Notes under the pieces: generated by a model | The model's input: only the letters and a program-made list of their open reading frames with translations | The model's database searches: none | What the model was told of the DNA's origin: nothing | Part shown: piece by piece, positions 1 to 11,816 of the stretch | Layout of the letters: each line of letters begins with the position of its first letter | Position numbering within the stretch: position 1 is the stretch's first letter | From: Lama glama | Taxonomy: Eukaryota | Assembly (NCBI GenBank): GCA_028534125.1 | Contig: CM052832.1 | Span: 11,906,001-11,966,000, forward strand | Length of the DNA stretch: 60,000 bases | Reading direction: 5' to 3' | Position numbers and translations under genes: made by a program

Positions 1-176
1 AGGTACCTGTTGATGGTTTCAGTGAAAATATGTTTTTCAGATTCTCCTTGCTTGGACTGGTTTAAAGCACCCCAATTATTTGTTGCAAGAATAGCTGGTA
101 GAAATATATTTGCCAGTATATTCCTAATCCCAACTAGGAGTCCCTTTGATGCATCCAAAACAGTAAATAGCACATC
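1..176 (-). CDS. DNAH8: DNAH8 coding exon 5 (truncated by window edge): DVLFTVLDASKGLLVGIRNILANIFLPAILATNNWGALNQSKQGESEKHIFTETINRY
   Basis: Acceptor ccctttcag| at 177-185 (minus), phase 0 continuing the preceding exon. The translation matches the DNAH8 N-terminal region as I recall it (NNWGALNQSKQGESEKHIFTETINRY). Confidence 0.95.
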
Positions 177-605
177 CTGAAAGGGTGGTGTTCAAAGGTT
201 ATTTTATATGCTGACCAAATTAGAGAACTGAAAATCATAACCTATTTGTATTGTTAATACAATAAGCATAGATAACACAACTTACAAACTACTAGGAAAA
301 CTTAAGAGGTTGTGAATATTGTTGAGTTCTAAAATCAACACACTTATATTCTGCCACTGTTTAATGATTCACATGCTTGCTCATCAAGTGAACACTTTCC
401 CAGGTGCTTTATTTTCTGCACAGGGAAGGAGATAGCAGTCTGGAGTTTAAACTACATGAAGGAAATAAAACTTAGCCGCCGGCATAAAGAAAGTTCTCAG
501 TTGAAAGTTGCCCTGCCCATGAAAAGGGGACCAGAAAAATTCATGTCAGTCCCAGGAAAGAGCAACGCAACTAGCTCTCTGCTCAGAAATTTGGATGGAA
601 AAAAA

Positions 606-902
606 GATTGCTCAGAGTATACAAACTCTCAGCTATAAGACGAGTAATTTCTGGAGAATCTGTACAGAATGGTGAATGTAGTTAGCAATACTGTACTATG
701 TACTCAAAAGCTGCTAAGACAGTAGATCTTAAATACCATTAACCAAAAAAGGGGAAAAAACGGTAATTATGTTAGGTGATGGAGGTGTTAGCTATGGTGG
801 TAACCATATTGCAGTGTATGTGTGTATTAAATCAATTCTTCATACACTTTAAACTTACATAATGTTACACATTAATTATATCTCAAATATAGCTGGCAAA
901 AA
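606..902 (+). mobile_element. Old L1 (L1MA-type) 3' end fragment
   Basis: Typical L1MA 3' terminal motifs (gtagttagcaatactgtac, gctaagacagtagatcttaa, ggtaaccatattgcagtgtat) ending in an A-rich tail about 35 bp from a DNAH8 donor site. Confidence 0.75.
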
Positions 903-937
903 TGTTTAACTATATATGAAAAAAATTTTAAACATAC

Positions 938-1089
938 CTCATGAATATTTTTAATATTTATAGCAACATCATTGTGACAGCGAACAAAAAATACACACAG
1001 TCCTTTTAGTTTCTCTGGGGCTGCGTTGTCTACATATAATCTCATCATTTTTGCTCCTTTGGTTGCTCCAGCAATAGTTCGACCACATT
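938..1089 (-). CDS. DNAH8: DNAH8 coding exon 4 (152 nt): ECGRTIAGATKGAKMMRLYVDNAAPEKLKGLCVFFVRCHNDVAINIKNIHE
   Basis: ttttgttttcag| acceptor and GAG|gtatgt donor; phase 1 to 0. Lies inside ORF 872-1099 and matches DNAH8. Confidence 0.96.
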
Positions 1090-2199
1090 CTGAAAACAAA
1101 AGTCAAGAACTTAGCCTATGATCATGTAACTGATCAAATGTGATAAATCACTGTGGATCTTACAGCTTTGCTCTCTGCTTTACTTTACTATAAGAAGTTT
1201 TCAATATGATTGTAGAATAAATTTTTTTTGTCTGCAAAAAGATGTCAATAATTGCAAATCTTAAACTGCAGCCTCCTCTGGTGCCTTTCCCTGAGTTCTG
1301 CACTTTGCTTGTTTTGGCCTAGCCTCAGGCAGGGCCTTCATGCAAACTCTTCTCCTATTCCATCCTCAACCCTTTGCTTCCCTAATTCCTACTAATCTTT
1401 CAGATCTCAGCTGAAATGTCACCACTCAGGGAAATCTTCACTAATTCACCAAGAAGATCCTGTCCTCTACTAAACACACTCAGAGCACTGAACTTATTTT
1501 AAATCCTTCCTTGAACTAATTTCAATGCAAATTTATCGTTTAATTAGAAATATTTCTCAGTGTTTAAAAACTATTAAAAATATGAGAATTCTGTTAAATG
1601 GCTGGTTCCAATTTTAAAGATACAAAAATCAACAATCTTTCCATTCACAACCATAACCAATTTAAAGTACGATAAAAGAAAATTTTAACTTCCCATCACA
1701 AAACCACAAACATCTTTTGTGTGCCCAGCCCTCCTTCCTTTGGGTTTAGGGGATTTCTCCTGCTCTGTGATTCCGCAGGACACCAGTGTCAGAGCCCTGT
1801 AAGGGTGGGCATATGAAAACTAGGCTAATTAGACTCTCTGCAAGAATATAAACCTTGAATGGAGACGCACAAAGGTAACAGGATTTGAGAGATGTCAATC
1901 TACTGATGAATCCTAAAGAAACTGCCTTGAAACCCATAGAAATGATCTATTCCTGTTTTTCCCAAGGCCTAGTAGTTCAAATAGTTCTGAATTTTGTGAA
2001 CTACCCAAACATTTTAAATTTTTTGCTTACATAAGCCAGAGTCTATTTCTGTTGCTTGCAGCCAAAGAACCCTGAGACATGGTATGTAGCAATGTGAAGC
2101 TCAAATGCTCATTCATGGAGGTCTGCACAGAGCTACCTTTACCCTTAATATCTTCCCCTTTTTCCTGGATAAGAGAACCTGAACTTGTCCCATTCAGCA

Positions 2200-2610
2200 G
2201 TGTGTACATACACTCCTAGGGAGATAACTGCTTCTCTCAGCCTCCCTATCCTGTAGGGTAGTCATGGGACAGAATTCTGGCCAATAAGACATAAACAGCT
2301 TGAGCTTTCCTAATAAAGGGGAGAAGTGTGACTAGCAGAGCCCTCTCCTGCCTATGCCTTGAACTTGCACATGATGTCTAGAGCTTCATCTTGTAACCAC
2401 ATAGGGCAAACTTGAACACAAAGCAACATGTTAAGAACGGCAGAATAGAAAGAAAAAAGCATCTGGGCTTCTGATGGCACTGCGGAGCACTTGAACCATT
2501 GCTAGCCACTGCCTACCTCGTTATGAGAGCAAAATAGACTCTCTGTTTTTTTAAGCCACTATTAGGATTTCCACTACTTACAGCTGAACATATTCCTGGC
2601 TGATAGAGTC
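2200..2610 (+). mobile_element. MaLR LTR (MLT1J/K-like), with further MLT1-like sequence at ~1700-2080
   Basis: MLT1 hallmarks: ttctggccaataagacataa near the start and ttaagccact...acttacagctgaacatattcct near the end. Confidence 0.55.
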
Positions 2611-3419
2611 ATCATAGGAAAATGGCTTCTAAAACCCCAAATGCAGCTGTACTATGGAATACTATACAGCATCTTTTAAATGAGGCAAATCTATATTTAA
2701 TGACATAAAAAATGTCTAGGCTATACTGTCACATCCAAAAAGTTAAATTAAGAATAAAATTTGTTATATAAGTATATTTTGAAAATGATAGTGTTTATAT
2801 TTGCATGCATATAAGAAAGACATGTTGAAGAATATTTACCAAGTTGATAAATGTATTATTTTTAGAAGTAGCAAAAACAGTAATTAAAAGTATGTATATC
2901 CTTTCTTCTGGCAATTCCTCTCCTGAAAATTCTTCCTAAAAAGTCTTCTTAATCAACACAGAATTAACTTTAATGATATTCATTGATGCATTGTTTAAAC
3001 GAGCAAAAAGTTGTAAACAACCTAAATTCTAATAATAGATAAGTTTTGAAAATAATAGTTACATCAGCTTAATGAAATACAGTGCAACTGTTTAAAATTT
3101 AACTGTAGAAATATATCAGTGACATGGAAAAAAGAACACTAGCAATTTTTAAAAGCTACCACAGAATAATATATAGAGTTGGATCTCATCTTTATAATGC
3201 ATCTATAAACTATTTTTGTTTTTTAGTTTAAATAAACTAAAAGGCATATCTCAGGTAAGATGGTCCCAAAACAGGAAATGTAATGTTTTTGCAAATAATT
3301 GAGAGAAGGCTGAACAAACTCTCATGGCTATTGAGTTCCTTTTTCTTTCTGAAACTGGACTATAATCTTGATGGATAAGACTTCTAGGGAGTGAGGCAAA
3401 GTTTATATGGCACTTGCCC

Positions 3420-3590
3420 TGAGCCTGGCACATACCATGGTCTTCTCAATCCCATGAAGTGGGATCCACTTACAGATGAGGAAACCAAGGCCTGGAGAGG
3501 TTAAATAACTTTCCCAGTGTGACCCAGTGAGTCAAGAGTTGACCACCTCACTTCTGCCCATCTCTAGAACCAAGCTTTAAACCAGTGTGT
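3420..3590 (-). mobile_element. MIR SINE
   Basis: MIR core ttacagatgaggaaaccaaggcctggagaggttaaataacttt. Confidence 0.7.
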
Positions 3591-6212
3591 GGCACAGTGT
3601 CGACCTGTGATCCCCTCCTCCCTCCAGGCCCAGGGTGTGCACACCTTGGATGGAGGGTGTGATAAGCATTTTAAGAAAACAACACCTGGTCTGGGATAAT
3701 CCTGCACATATGCCAGACAGGACATCCTGTGTAGAAGACATGGAAACTTTCATGCTCTGTTGCTACTGCCGTGAAATCCACCCTGAGCTCCAAACTTGGA
3801 CTAAGACCATTTAGAAAGATAATTAGGGCAACAGGGTGTTGGAATCCCGCAGGGCACTGAGTATGGGGAAAGTGGCTTCCTTCTCAGGCCTACCTTGGCC
3901 CCTTAAAATCCCTTTCAGTACCCGCCTACTCCCATGATGCTTTGCCTCCTCGGGACCCTGCGGGCTGGGGTCTGAGTGAATAAGCCATAGGCATAGGTAC
4001 TGCCTGGAGAAACAACTCATTGGGCTGCTGAAGTCTGCAGTAACCAGCATGACCCCAGGAAGGCCAGCAGTTTGCAGTTACTTGGTCACTCTTCCAGCTG
4101 AAGAATGCACTTCCCCCTTCTCATCTGTCTTGTGCTTTCATAAATTTTGACAAAGATCTATGAACAACCCAAAACACCAGAGTGGGTACAAGGTCAGCCA
4201 ACCACAAAGCAGTCCCAGCTCCTAGCACATCTGGAATACGTCAGATGCCACTTATGAGCCATCTTGGTGGTTCAATGCAGCAGGAATGCCAAAAGTCGTG
4301 GAAAGGTGGAGGCAGAGGGAGCCTGTCTCAGATTCATCTTGTCACTCGAGAGCATCTTGGAGAGCTCTGTGTGTCTGGTGTTCTAATCTCAGCACAAAAG
4401 GAGGGGTCTCACTAGCTCTACATTCTTGGATTTGGCCCAAGATGAATGAAAATTATACATTATCTTTTTGTTCAAGCTTGAGAATTTCATTATTATTATT
4501 TATATTATACCCTTCCAAAGAATATTTGAGGCAATTTATAATAACAACAAATGCCAGGTACTGAATGTCTGCCCCCAATTTTCAAAAATTGCAATGCATT
4601 GTATATAAATTGCAAAATCGGGTCCAATTCTACAAATTATATATCCAGCTCTGGATGTCAAGGAGTCAATGAACCTTGAATATGTCTTAGACTGGCAGCA
4701 ATATTTGTAATTTGGGTCATTAAAAACATTTAAATTAGTGATCAGAAGATAAAACTACATACATAGTGGTTTACACAGTGCATGTATATGTATGTACACA
4801 TATCACACATACTGCATATACACATGTGAAAAACATATATGTAGGTATACATATATATACATAAAACAGAAGTTATAGAAGGATATTCACCTTCTATAGT
4901 TAACAGTGATTATTCTAAGTGAGTGGGAATGTGGGTGGAGGTTTTAATCTTTCTTCTAATTATAGACATTTTCTTATCTTTCTATAATTTTCAGCTACTA
5001 TTTTAATTTATAATGTGTTATGAAAATCTGGATCATACAATAATGTCCCAGGATAAGAATTGTGAGAGTCAGAAAATCCAGAGAGCAGATCCAGTCACCA
5101 ATTATGAGTTTACATATTTTGTTGGTGAAGAAGAATTAAATATATTAAATAATCTGGTAGAAATAGGAGAATTTAATCAACAGCTGTGTTTTACAATGCA
5201 AACTTTAAATAAGACAGGAGTTTGGAGAATAGTGATGGATGTGATCTGGAACACTAGGAAAGCTCTACAGAGGATGCATGAGGTAATGAAGAGGAGGGGC
5301 AGGATTTGGCTGGGGGGAGAGAAGAAAGGCACTTGGAGACAGTTTGGGAGGGTGGAGAAAAGGGTACAGAGATGACTTGGGTATATACAGAAAGCAATGA
5401 AGAGACCAGCTTACAGGGACCAGCAAATTCATGTCTAACAGAATAAGAGACCAGACTAAACAAGTTCTGTGTGGCCAGGTTACAAAAGGCCTTAAGGGAA
5501 TAAATGAAGAGTTTGGACCCAATCCAAAAGGACAATAAAAATTTACTTGGTGGTAGTGAGTAGTGTGGATGTCAGAGAGGGACTCTGATAACAGAGATAC
5601 TGGTTTTCTGGAATACTAGGGCAAGCATGAGATAGGAGCCTAGCCTAAAGGCAGCAGAGGAGAAAAGCAAGAAAAGAACCAACAGAAGGGACACAGTGAA
5701 GGTAAAATCTGCAGGATTTAGGAGGTAAGTAGTCTAAAACTAAAGGATGGTCCATATACCTAGTTATTAAGACAAAAGTTTAATACCCTGATAAAGTATC
5801 ATTCTCTGGAATAACTGAACAGTAGGGGAAGTGAGATATTCCAACTGCCAGCTGCAGCAGACACCAGATGCTGACCCAGGACCAATGCTGACCCAGGACT
5901 ACAGGGAGCAGCTGCTGAGCTTTCTGGTGGTTTCACTACTATTTCTAGTCATCTGACACATGTGTACACAATGGTACCACCTGTTTCAGGGAAAATGTAA
6001 TTAAATTCTAGGGAAAATGTGTCTTCCCAGGAGAGGTCAATGACTTCTTTAAAGATACTTTCTCCTTAAATCATTACAGTAATGCTGTAAGCTCCTGGTA
6101 AATTTTCTTTATAAATAAAAATAGGATTGTCTATGCATAAGAGAAAAGATAAGCTGCACTTAAACATTCATTAATGAATAGCTGGCACATTACCCTTGCA
6201 AAGCATCCTTAC

Positions 6213-6297
6213 CAAGACCAGGTACATCTCCTTCTTGGTACAAAAATTTCAATGTCTTACAACCATCTTTCATAAAAAAAACATTAAATGCTTCCAG
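6213..6297 (-). CDS. DNAH8: DNAH8 coding exon 3 (85 nt): LEAFNVFFMKDGCKTLKFLYQEGDVPGL
   Basis: ttttatttaacag| acceptor and TTG|gtaagg donor; phase 0 to 1 links the flanking exons. Not in the ORF track; translated by hand, and KDGCKTLKFLYQEGDVPG matches DNAH8. Confidence 0.95.
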
Positions 6298-7039
6298 CTG
6301 TTAAATAAAAGAGAAAATGATCATCAATAAAATGACTAGGAAATAATAAAATGAACCAAGCCCTGTGCTAGGCATTTTACATACCTTAGTCCTCATCATT
6401 TTGTAAATAAAATGAGGCTCAAAGAAGCAGGATTAGAATCAGAGGCAGGATTAGAATTCAAATTAATTTAACTCCAAAATTACCTGGAATGTAGGGTGAG
6501 TTCTATTTCCAAACCTACATTAATGATCTACATATATAAGTGTGAAGCCACTTGCCTGACCCTGCCTCACAGAATCTTTCAGGGGTAAACGGATGAGTCA
6601 ACTGGAGGTAAATATAAAGAATTATTATTAAGAGAAATTATTTTTAAAAGCTGACTCGTGGAACAGCAAAACTTGCGTTATTAGCTAAATGTCTTGTTTG
6701 ACTAAATACTTGAGTAATTATGTTTTCAGCCAATGTAATTTGACCCATACTATAGCCAAACTAATATAAAAACAAATTATTATAATGAGTCTTCCGTATT
6801 TATGAGCATGAATTTAATTACTTACAAGTCAGCATAATCATCTTAGTAAGTAGAAAACTAGGCCACATAAACAAAAACCCTCACATATCACTTGGGAAAC
6901 ACTAAGTTACTAAACCACCTTCACCTAGTCCTGCTGATTTCATACACAAGTGTCTCTCTTGGGCATTGGGTTCCCCTTAACTTACTGACCACTTACTGCA
7001 GGAAGCATCTCAGGTCTGGCAAAGCCTCTCCCCCAAGGA

Positions 7040-7192
7040 CAATGGTCCTCAAACTTCAGTATGCATCAGTGAGGAATCTAGGGAACCTCTTAAAAATACA
7101 GAACACTGGGCCTGGGAATTTGCATTTCTAAAAAGTTCCAGGTGATGCTGCTGCTGCTGGTCCTGGGACCACGTTTGGATACCACCAACCTG
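7040..7192. mobile_element. MER5A-like hAT-Charlie DNA transposon fossil
   Basis: caatggtcctcaaacttcagtatgcatcag...gggcctgggaatttgcatttctaa...ggtgatgctgctgctgctggtcc. Confidence 0.7.
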
Positions 7193-8219
7193 GGAGATGA
7201 AATGGAGCTACAGACATTTGCAAAATTCTAGTCCTTAATTTTCTACTCTTCCATCTCACACATAAACTTGACTTTCTTGCAGAGCTACAATCTGAAAGAT
7301 ATAAAAGCTGCCGGCATAGCTATTCTTGCCCAGCTCCATACTTTCATGCTCTATCTGACTTTTATGACCCATCAGCTTTGAATGCATCCAAATTCTCAAA
7401 AGTAGACCATATGATTGTGATAAAAAGACATCTCAACATCAAATATAACTAATTCTGGTTTTTTAGGCACATTGTACTCCTGAGACCAGCAGAGTGAAGT
7501 TGTCATGGGCCAAAATCCTGACTGCAGAGTGAAAATTCACTTACAATACTTAACATTTTACAAATAGTTCATCTGAGTTTCACCACAATCTTGCATTCAG
7601 CTTAAGTGGAATTATTATGACCCTTTTTAAGAAAAGAAAACTAAAGCTAAAAAGAATCTGTGAGAAGGACCCAAAGACACATAACCACAAGTGAAGAACC
7701 TGTAATTGGACACCAGCCTTCAGCCTCCAGGTCTGTGCTCTTTCCACAAAACTGTGCTGCGCCCATCTTGACTTTGGAAAAGACTGTCATGTAAGCCAGG
7801 AGAGCAATCCCAGTGGCTACTGTGAGCAGCGCTGAATGAAGGGAGCAGTAAAATGGGGAGCAGCAGAAGCCTGAATGCCAATGCAGCAGAAACGTCTGTA
7901 TTGGTCAGGGTTCTGGGAAGCAAAAGAGTCACAACAAAGGAGTTTTGAAGGAACTTTATAATAATGAAGCGATTCCAGAGGCCAGAGCGGGTTTAAGGGA
8001 AGCTCTGGCACTAGAAGCAACTAAAGGACTAGCAACAGAGGAAAACCAATACCACCCCAAGGCCTAGAAGCGTGAGCATGGGGGAGCAGTGGGGTAGCTG
8101 GAAGCAGGCTGAGAGCTGGAGCTGGGGGATAGGGACTGCTCAGGAGGAGCAGCAGTTAAGGGAAGACGCGGTCACGGCCAGAAATGTGACAAAAGTCAGT
8201 TTGCCATATATTACTATAG

Positions 8220-8358
8220 TTAGGTTGACCATATAAGTTCATCATCCAACACTGGGGCCCTTTTAGGAGTGAAAGGAGGAACTGTTAATAATTAAGCCAA
8301 AAAAGTAGGCATAATCCAGGACTGTCTCTGGCACACAGAGACATATGGTAATCACCTC
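8220..8358. mobile_element. MER96-like hAT-Tip100 MITE
   Basis: Imperfect terminal inverted repeats taggttgaccatat ... atatggtaatcacct. Confidence 0.55.
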
Positions 8359-8758
8359 GCTGTTTTTGACTAGATTCATGCAGTAGTCACTGTTCCCTAG
8401 TTCTATTTATGCAGTTTGTTTTTCCATCCAAATGATCTACACGTGTACTTTACATAACCTGTACGTTTAAAATGTCACTCTATCTGGGCGTCACTATTCC
8501 TCTAACTTCTGAAGCCATTTTGAGTTAGAACCTTAGCTCAATCCTAGTTGCTAACTCTCCTCTCTTCTTTCTCCACAATAGTAGAACAAAACTAGAAATA
8601 TCACCCAATAAGCTATAATTATTTAAAATAAAGCTTCTCTAGTCAGTTAAATTCCAACCTTCTCTTCCTAAATGTTTTGTTCACAACAATTCAGGTTTCT
8701 TAATTCAATCACTTATCAAAAAGCAATTTAAAAATAATGATAAAACAGACAAACTTAC

Positions 8759-8893
8759 AGATGGGCAATCCAAAATCAATTCTTCAACAGTTGTTAAGTC
8801 CAGACCAAGCGTTTCTGATAGAATTTCAAATATATATTTATATGAAGGGTCAATTTTCATTTTTCGGCTTTCTCTTGCATCTCTAAATCTTGC
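8759..8893 (-). CDS. DNAH8: DNAH8 coding exon 2 (135 nt): ARFRDARESRKMKIDPSYKYIFEILSETLGLDLTTVEELILDCPS
   Basis: ttttcatcctttag| acceptor and TCT|gtaagt donor; phase 0-0. KIDPSYKYIFEIL and VEELILDCPS match DNAH8. Confidence 0.96.
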
Positions 8894-9003
8894 CTAAAGG
8901 ATGAAAACTACGTGTAAAAGAATTGTAACTATGAAGGTAAATCACCAAATATTTCATTTGAAATAAAAGTGACACATATGAAAAATGGTATTATAAGCAA
9001 AAC

Positions 9004-9456
9004 CTGTCTCTCTTTCAATGTTTCCTGCAGACTTGGAATGCCGCTCATACTTCGGCGATATCTGGATGAACTGCGCGAAGACTGGGAGAGCACATCAGAC
9101 AACATTGACTGGACTATTCGGGGCGGAGGCCTAGATCGAACCCTATGTGCATAGGCCTCATCATCGACTGGAATAACTATCCTTTCATCAGAAGAAATGA
9201 GGTTCATATAATCACTTAAAGAGTAAGTAGGACCTTTCTCAAAAAGAGAGGCACCATCCTCCTCAAAGGATGCTCCTTCTGGAAAAGGTGGAGCCTCTTC
9301 ACTGGAAGGAGGAGGAGCCTCTTCTTCTGGAGGGGGCGGGGCCTCGTTTCCTGGATCTGAAGGGGCAGCACCTTCTGAATCTGTAGGTGCTGCATCTCCT
9401 GACGAGGGAGGTGCTTCTTCTTCCGGAGGGGGTGGGTCACCTTCTTCAGCACTCAT
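9004..9456 (-). CDS. DNAH8: DNAH8 first coding exon (151 codons, MSAEEGDPPPPEEEAPP...SRYRRSMSGIPSLQETLKERQ); the exon probably begins at the acceptor at 9499
   Basis: ORF 8929-9456 up to CAG|gttttg. SSRYRRSMSG..LQETLKERQ matches DNAH8, and the N-terminus is acidic and Pro-rich. An upstream acceptor ttataatccgtag| implies a non-coding first exon further right. Confidence 0.92.
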
Positions 9457-11816
9457 TTGTCCACTCCTTCCACCTGCAGAGTCCCTTAAACTTCAAAACC
9501 TACGGATTATAAAATGTTTTCTTTTAAAACTGTTCAATAAATTGAGTGTTGTGTGTTAATTTATCCCTCCTCTGGAAGCCAGACAGGTAGCAAAACTGTC
9601 TGTTTCTCCCATACTGCATCATCTAAAGAAACTGAGTTTACAGGACTAGAGAATTTTTTTTTAAGTGGACCAGCACACACACACGTGTGCACGTGCGTGC
9701 ACGCATGCACATGCTCTACATGCTCTACATACACCTCTGGGAGCTTTTTCAAAGTGTAAGTGCTCCTCCTGATTATGATATAACCCTAGGGGACTGCACT
9801 CCACACACATCCCAGCCCTGTCATAGTAACCACTGCAACTGATGGGAGGGCCCCTGTCTTCAGGTATGTAAAAAGGGCTACAATCTAGCGTCTATCTTCT
9901 TCACATAAGAGTAAATTTACTTGGATAGTAAGTAAAAACCTCTGAGTTATTATTGGACACAACAAAGATCTAAAATACCCAGGAGCTGTGTGTGCATTAC
10001 ATCCTTACATTTGAAACTGGCCTAGAGGAGTTAGTCATGCCATCTATAACAACTCAGGAAGGAGTATGATGATATATATTAGTGAAGTCATGTCAATGAC
10101 CTGTCACTCTGCTCAAATTTATGCTTTTGAATTCTGCAAAACAATTCATTTTACTCAGTAAAAGAATCATGCCTTCTCTCAAAGGATATTGATAGGCACT
10201 GTCTAGTTTCTGAAACTAAAGCAAAATTTACTTTAACTTTAATAAATGGTAAAATACATGTACTGACTGAGCTCAGTCAGGCTGGAGGGCTTCTCCATGG
10301 GCAATCAGTGCTATTTCTAGAACCACACAGTAACTTAAGCCAGTACAGAGTCACTATTACTTAAGCCATCAAGGAAGTGCTCAAATTGAATCATGATATT
10401 TTGTTCAAGTAATCAAGAAAGTATGCAATAAATCTTAATGAGTTTTCCATCTAAAAATGGCTACTGTTTAAGTGTTGGCACAGATTAAATTTTCAGAAAA
10501 TGTTATTATCGAACACAATTCATTCCCTGGGGATTCCAGATAGTTAAGATTCATGGCACATAATTTCAGAACTAGAAAATAAACCTTAGAAATCATCTAG
10601 TTTGACTCTCCCTTTTTACTGATAATGAGACTAAGATCCAGAGAAGTTACAGGTCTCACCCAGTTACACAGCCAAGAATGGTCTTTCTAAACTGCAGACC
10701 ATACCATATCACGGCCCTATTTAAAGTACAGCTTTGGTTGCCAAACTCAAACACTTTCTTATGTCCTCCAGGGCTTTCCTGACTTGGTTCCAATCTCTCT
10801 CTTCAGTTTCTTCTATTGCCTTTGCACTCTGTACTGCCTGCAGTCACAGCTACGCTAGCAGTTTCTGAAATAAGTACTGTTCTCTCACCTCTAGGAGCTG
10901 GCAAGGAGTGCATAGCCTATGAAGGGAGGTAAACACACCAACAAACACTTATAATTTTATTAGAACCAGTCAAAGTCTGCACAAACATCTGTAGCGTCAG
11001 AGGAGAAAGTGTAGGAAGAAAATCTCTAAGAAGAAGCTGTCATTTAAGACGAGTCCTGGTAGGATACATGAGTTCTGTGCAGAAGACTGGGGAAGTAATA
11101 TCAATTGTCAACAATTAAATGCCCAGTTCTGTGCTTGATGAGATATATAACTGTGCTTGATAAATAAACGTGGAGAAAGAAGGTAAATAATATTATATTA
11201 GTATTTACCATACTTAATATATTTAATACGCAACATATATATTTGATGACAAATTGGAATTATAAGGGAGTAATCATAGCACTCCTAGATCATGTCTGAA
11301 AAATCTCCTAATCAAGAATTCCTCAAGTTTATAATAAAATACACTGAAAGAGGTCATTGTGAGTTACTCTGCTCATATAGTAATCTAATAAACATAGTCT
11401 ATAGCCTCAATTCAGGTAAAGATATTTAAATATAACATATATATATATACTTTCCACCTCTATGTGAGTCTCCTTACCTCAGGTTCCTTGGGATTTTAAT
11501 GTAAAGCTGTTCAAGGAAAGAAAAAAAATGCATTTAATTTCTGAAACTTATTAGAATACGTCTCCCAGAATACATGTTCTATGTAAAAAGCTCAATTTGT
11601 GCTCTATGAATTGAAGGCTGACATATATATTTCAAGCTAAGGACAGGATAAACTCCTGCTTTGTGAACATAAAGAATCTTTATGGTTACGGGTAGTAGCC
11701 TGTGAACACCTGACTAGAATGAAGCTAATAATCAGGTATTAATTACCGTCATGACTGAGAAACAAATTCTAAATAACTTGTTCTGGTTTAATTTTTTTTA
11801 AGTAAATCATATATCT

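Noticed and set aside
4770..4865. TA/CA-rich quasi-palindromic tract
   Set aside because: Ordinary low-complexity microsatellite decay within old repeat sequence.
5868..5900. Tandem duplication of atgctgacccaggac (17-bp period), and a similar gcaggattagaat duplication at ~6427-6459
   Set aside because: Two-copy local slippage duplications with no spacer structure; not CRISPR-like and no support for function.
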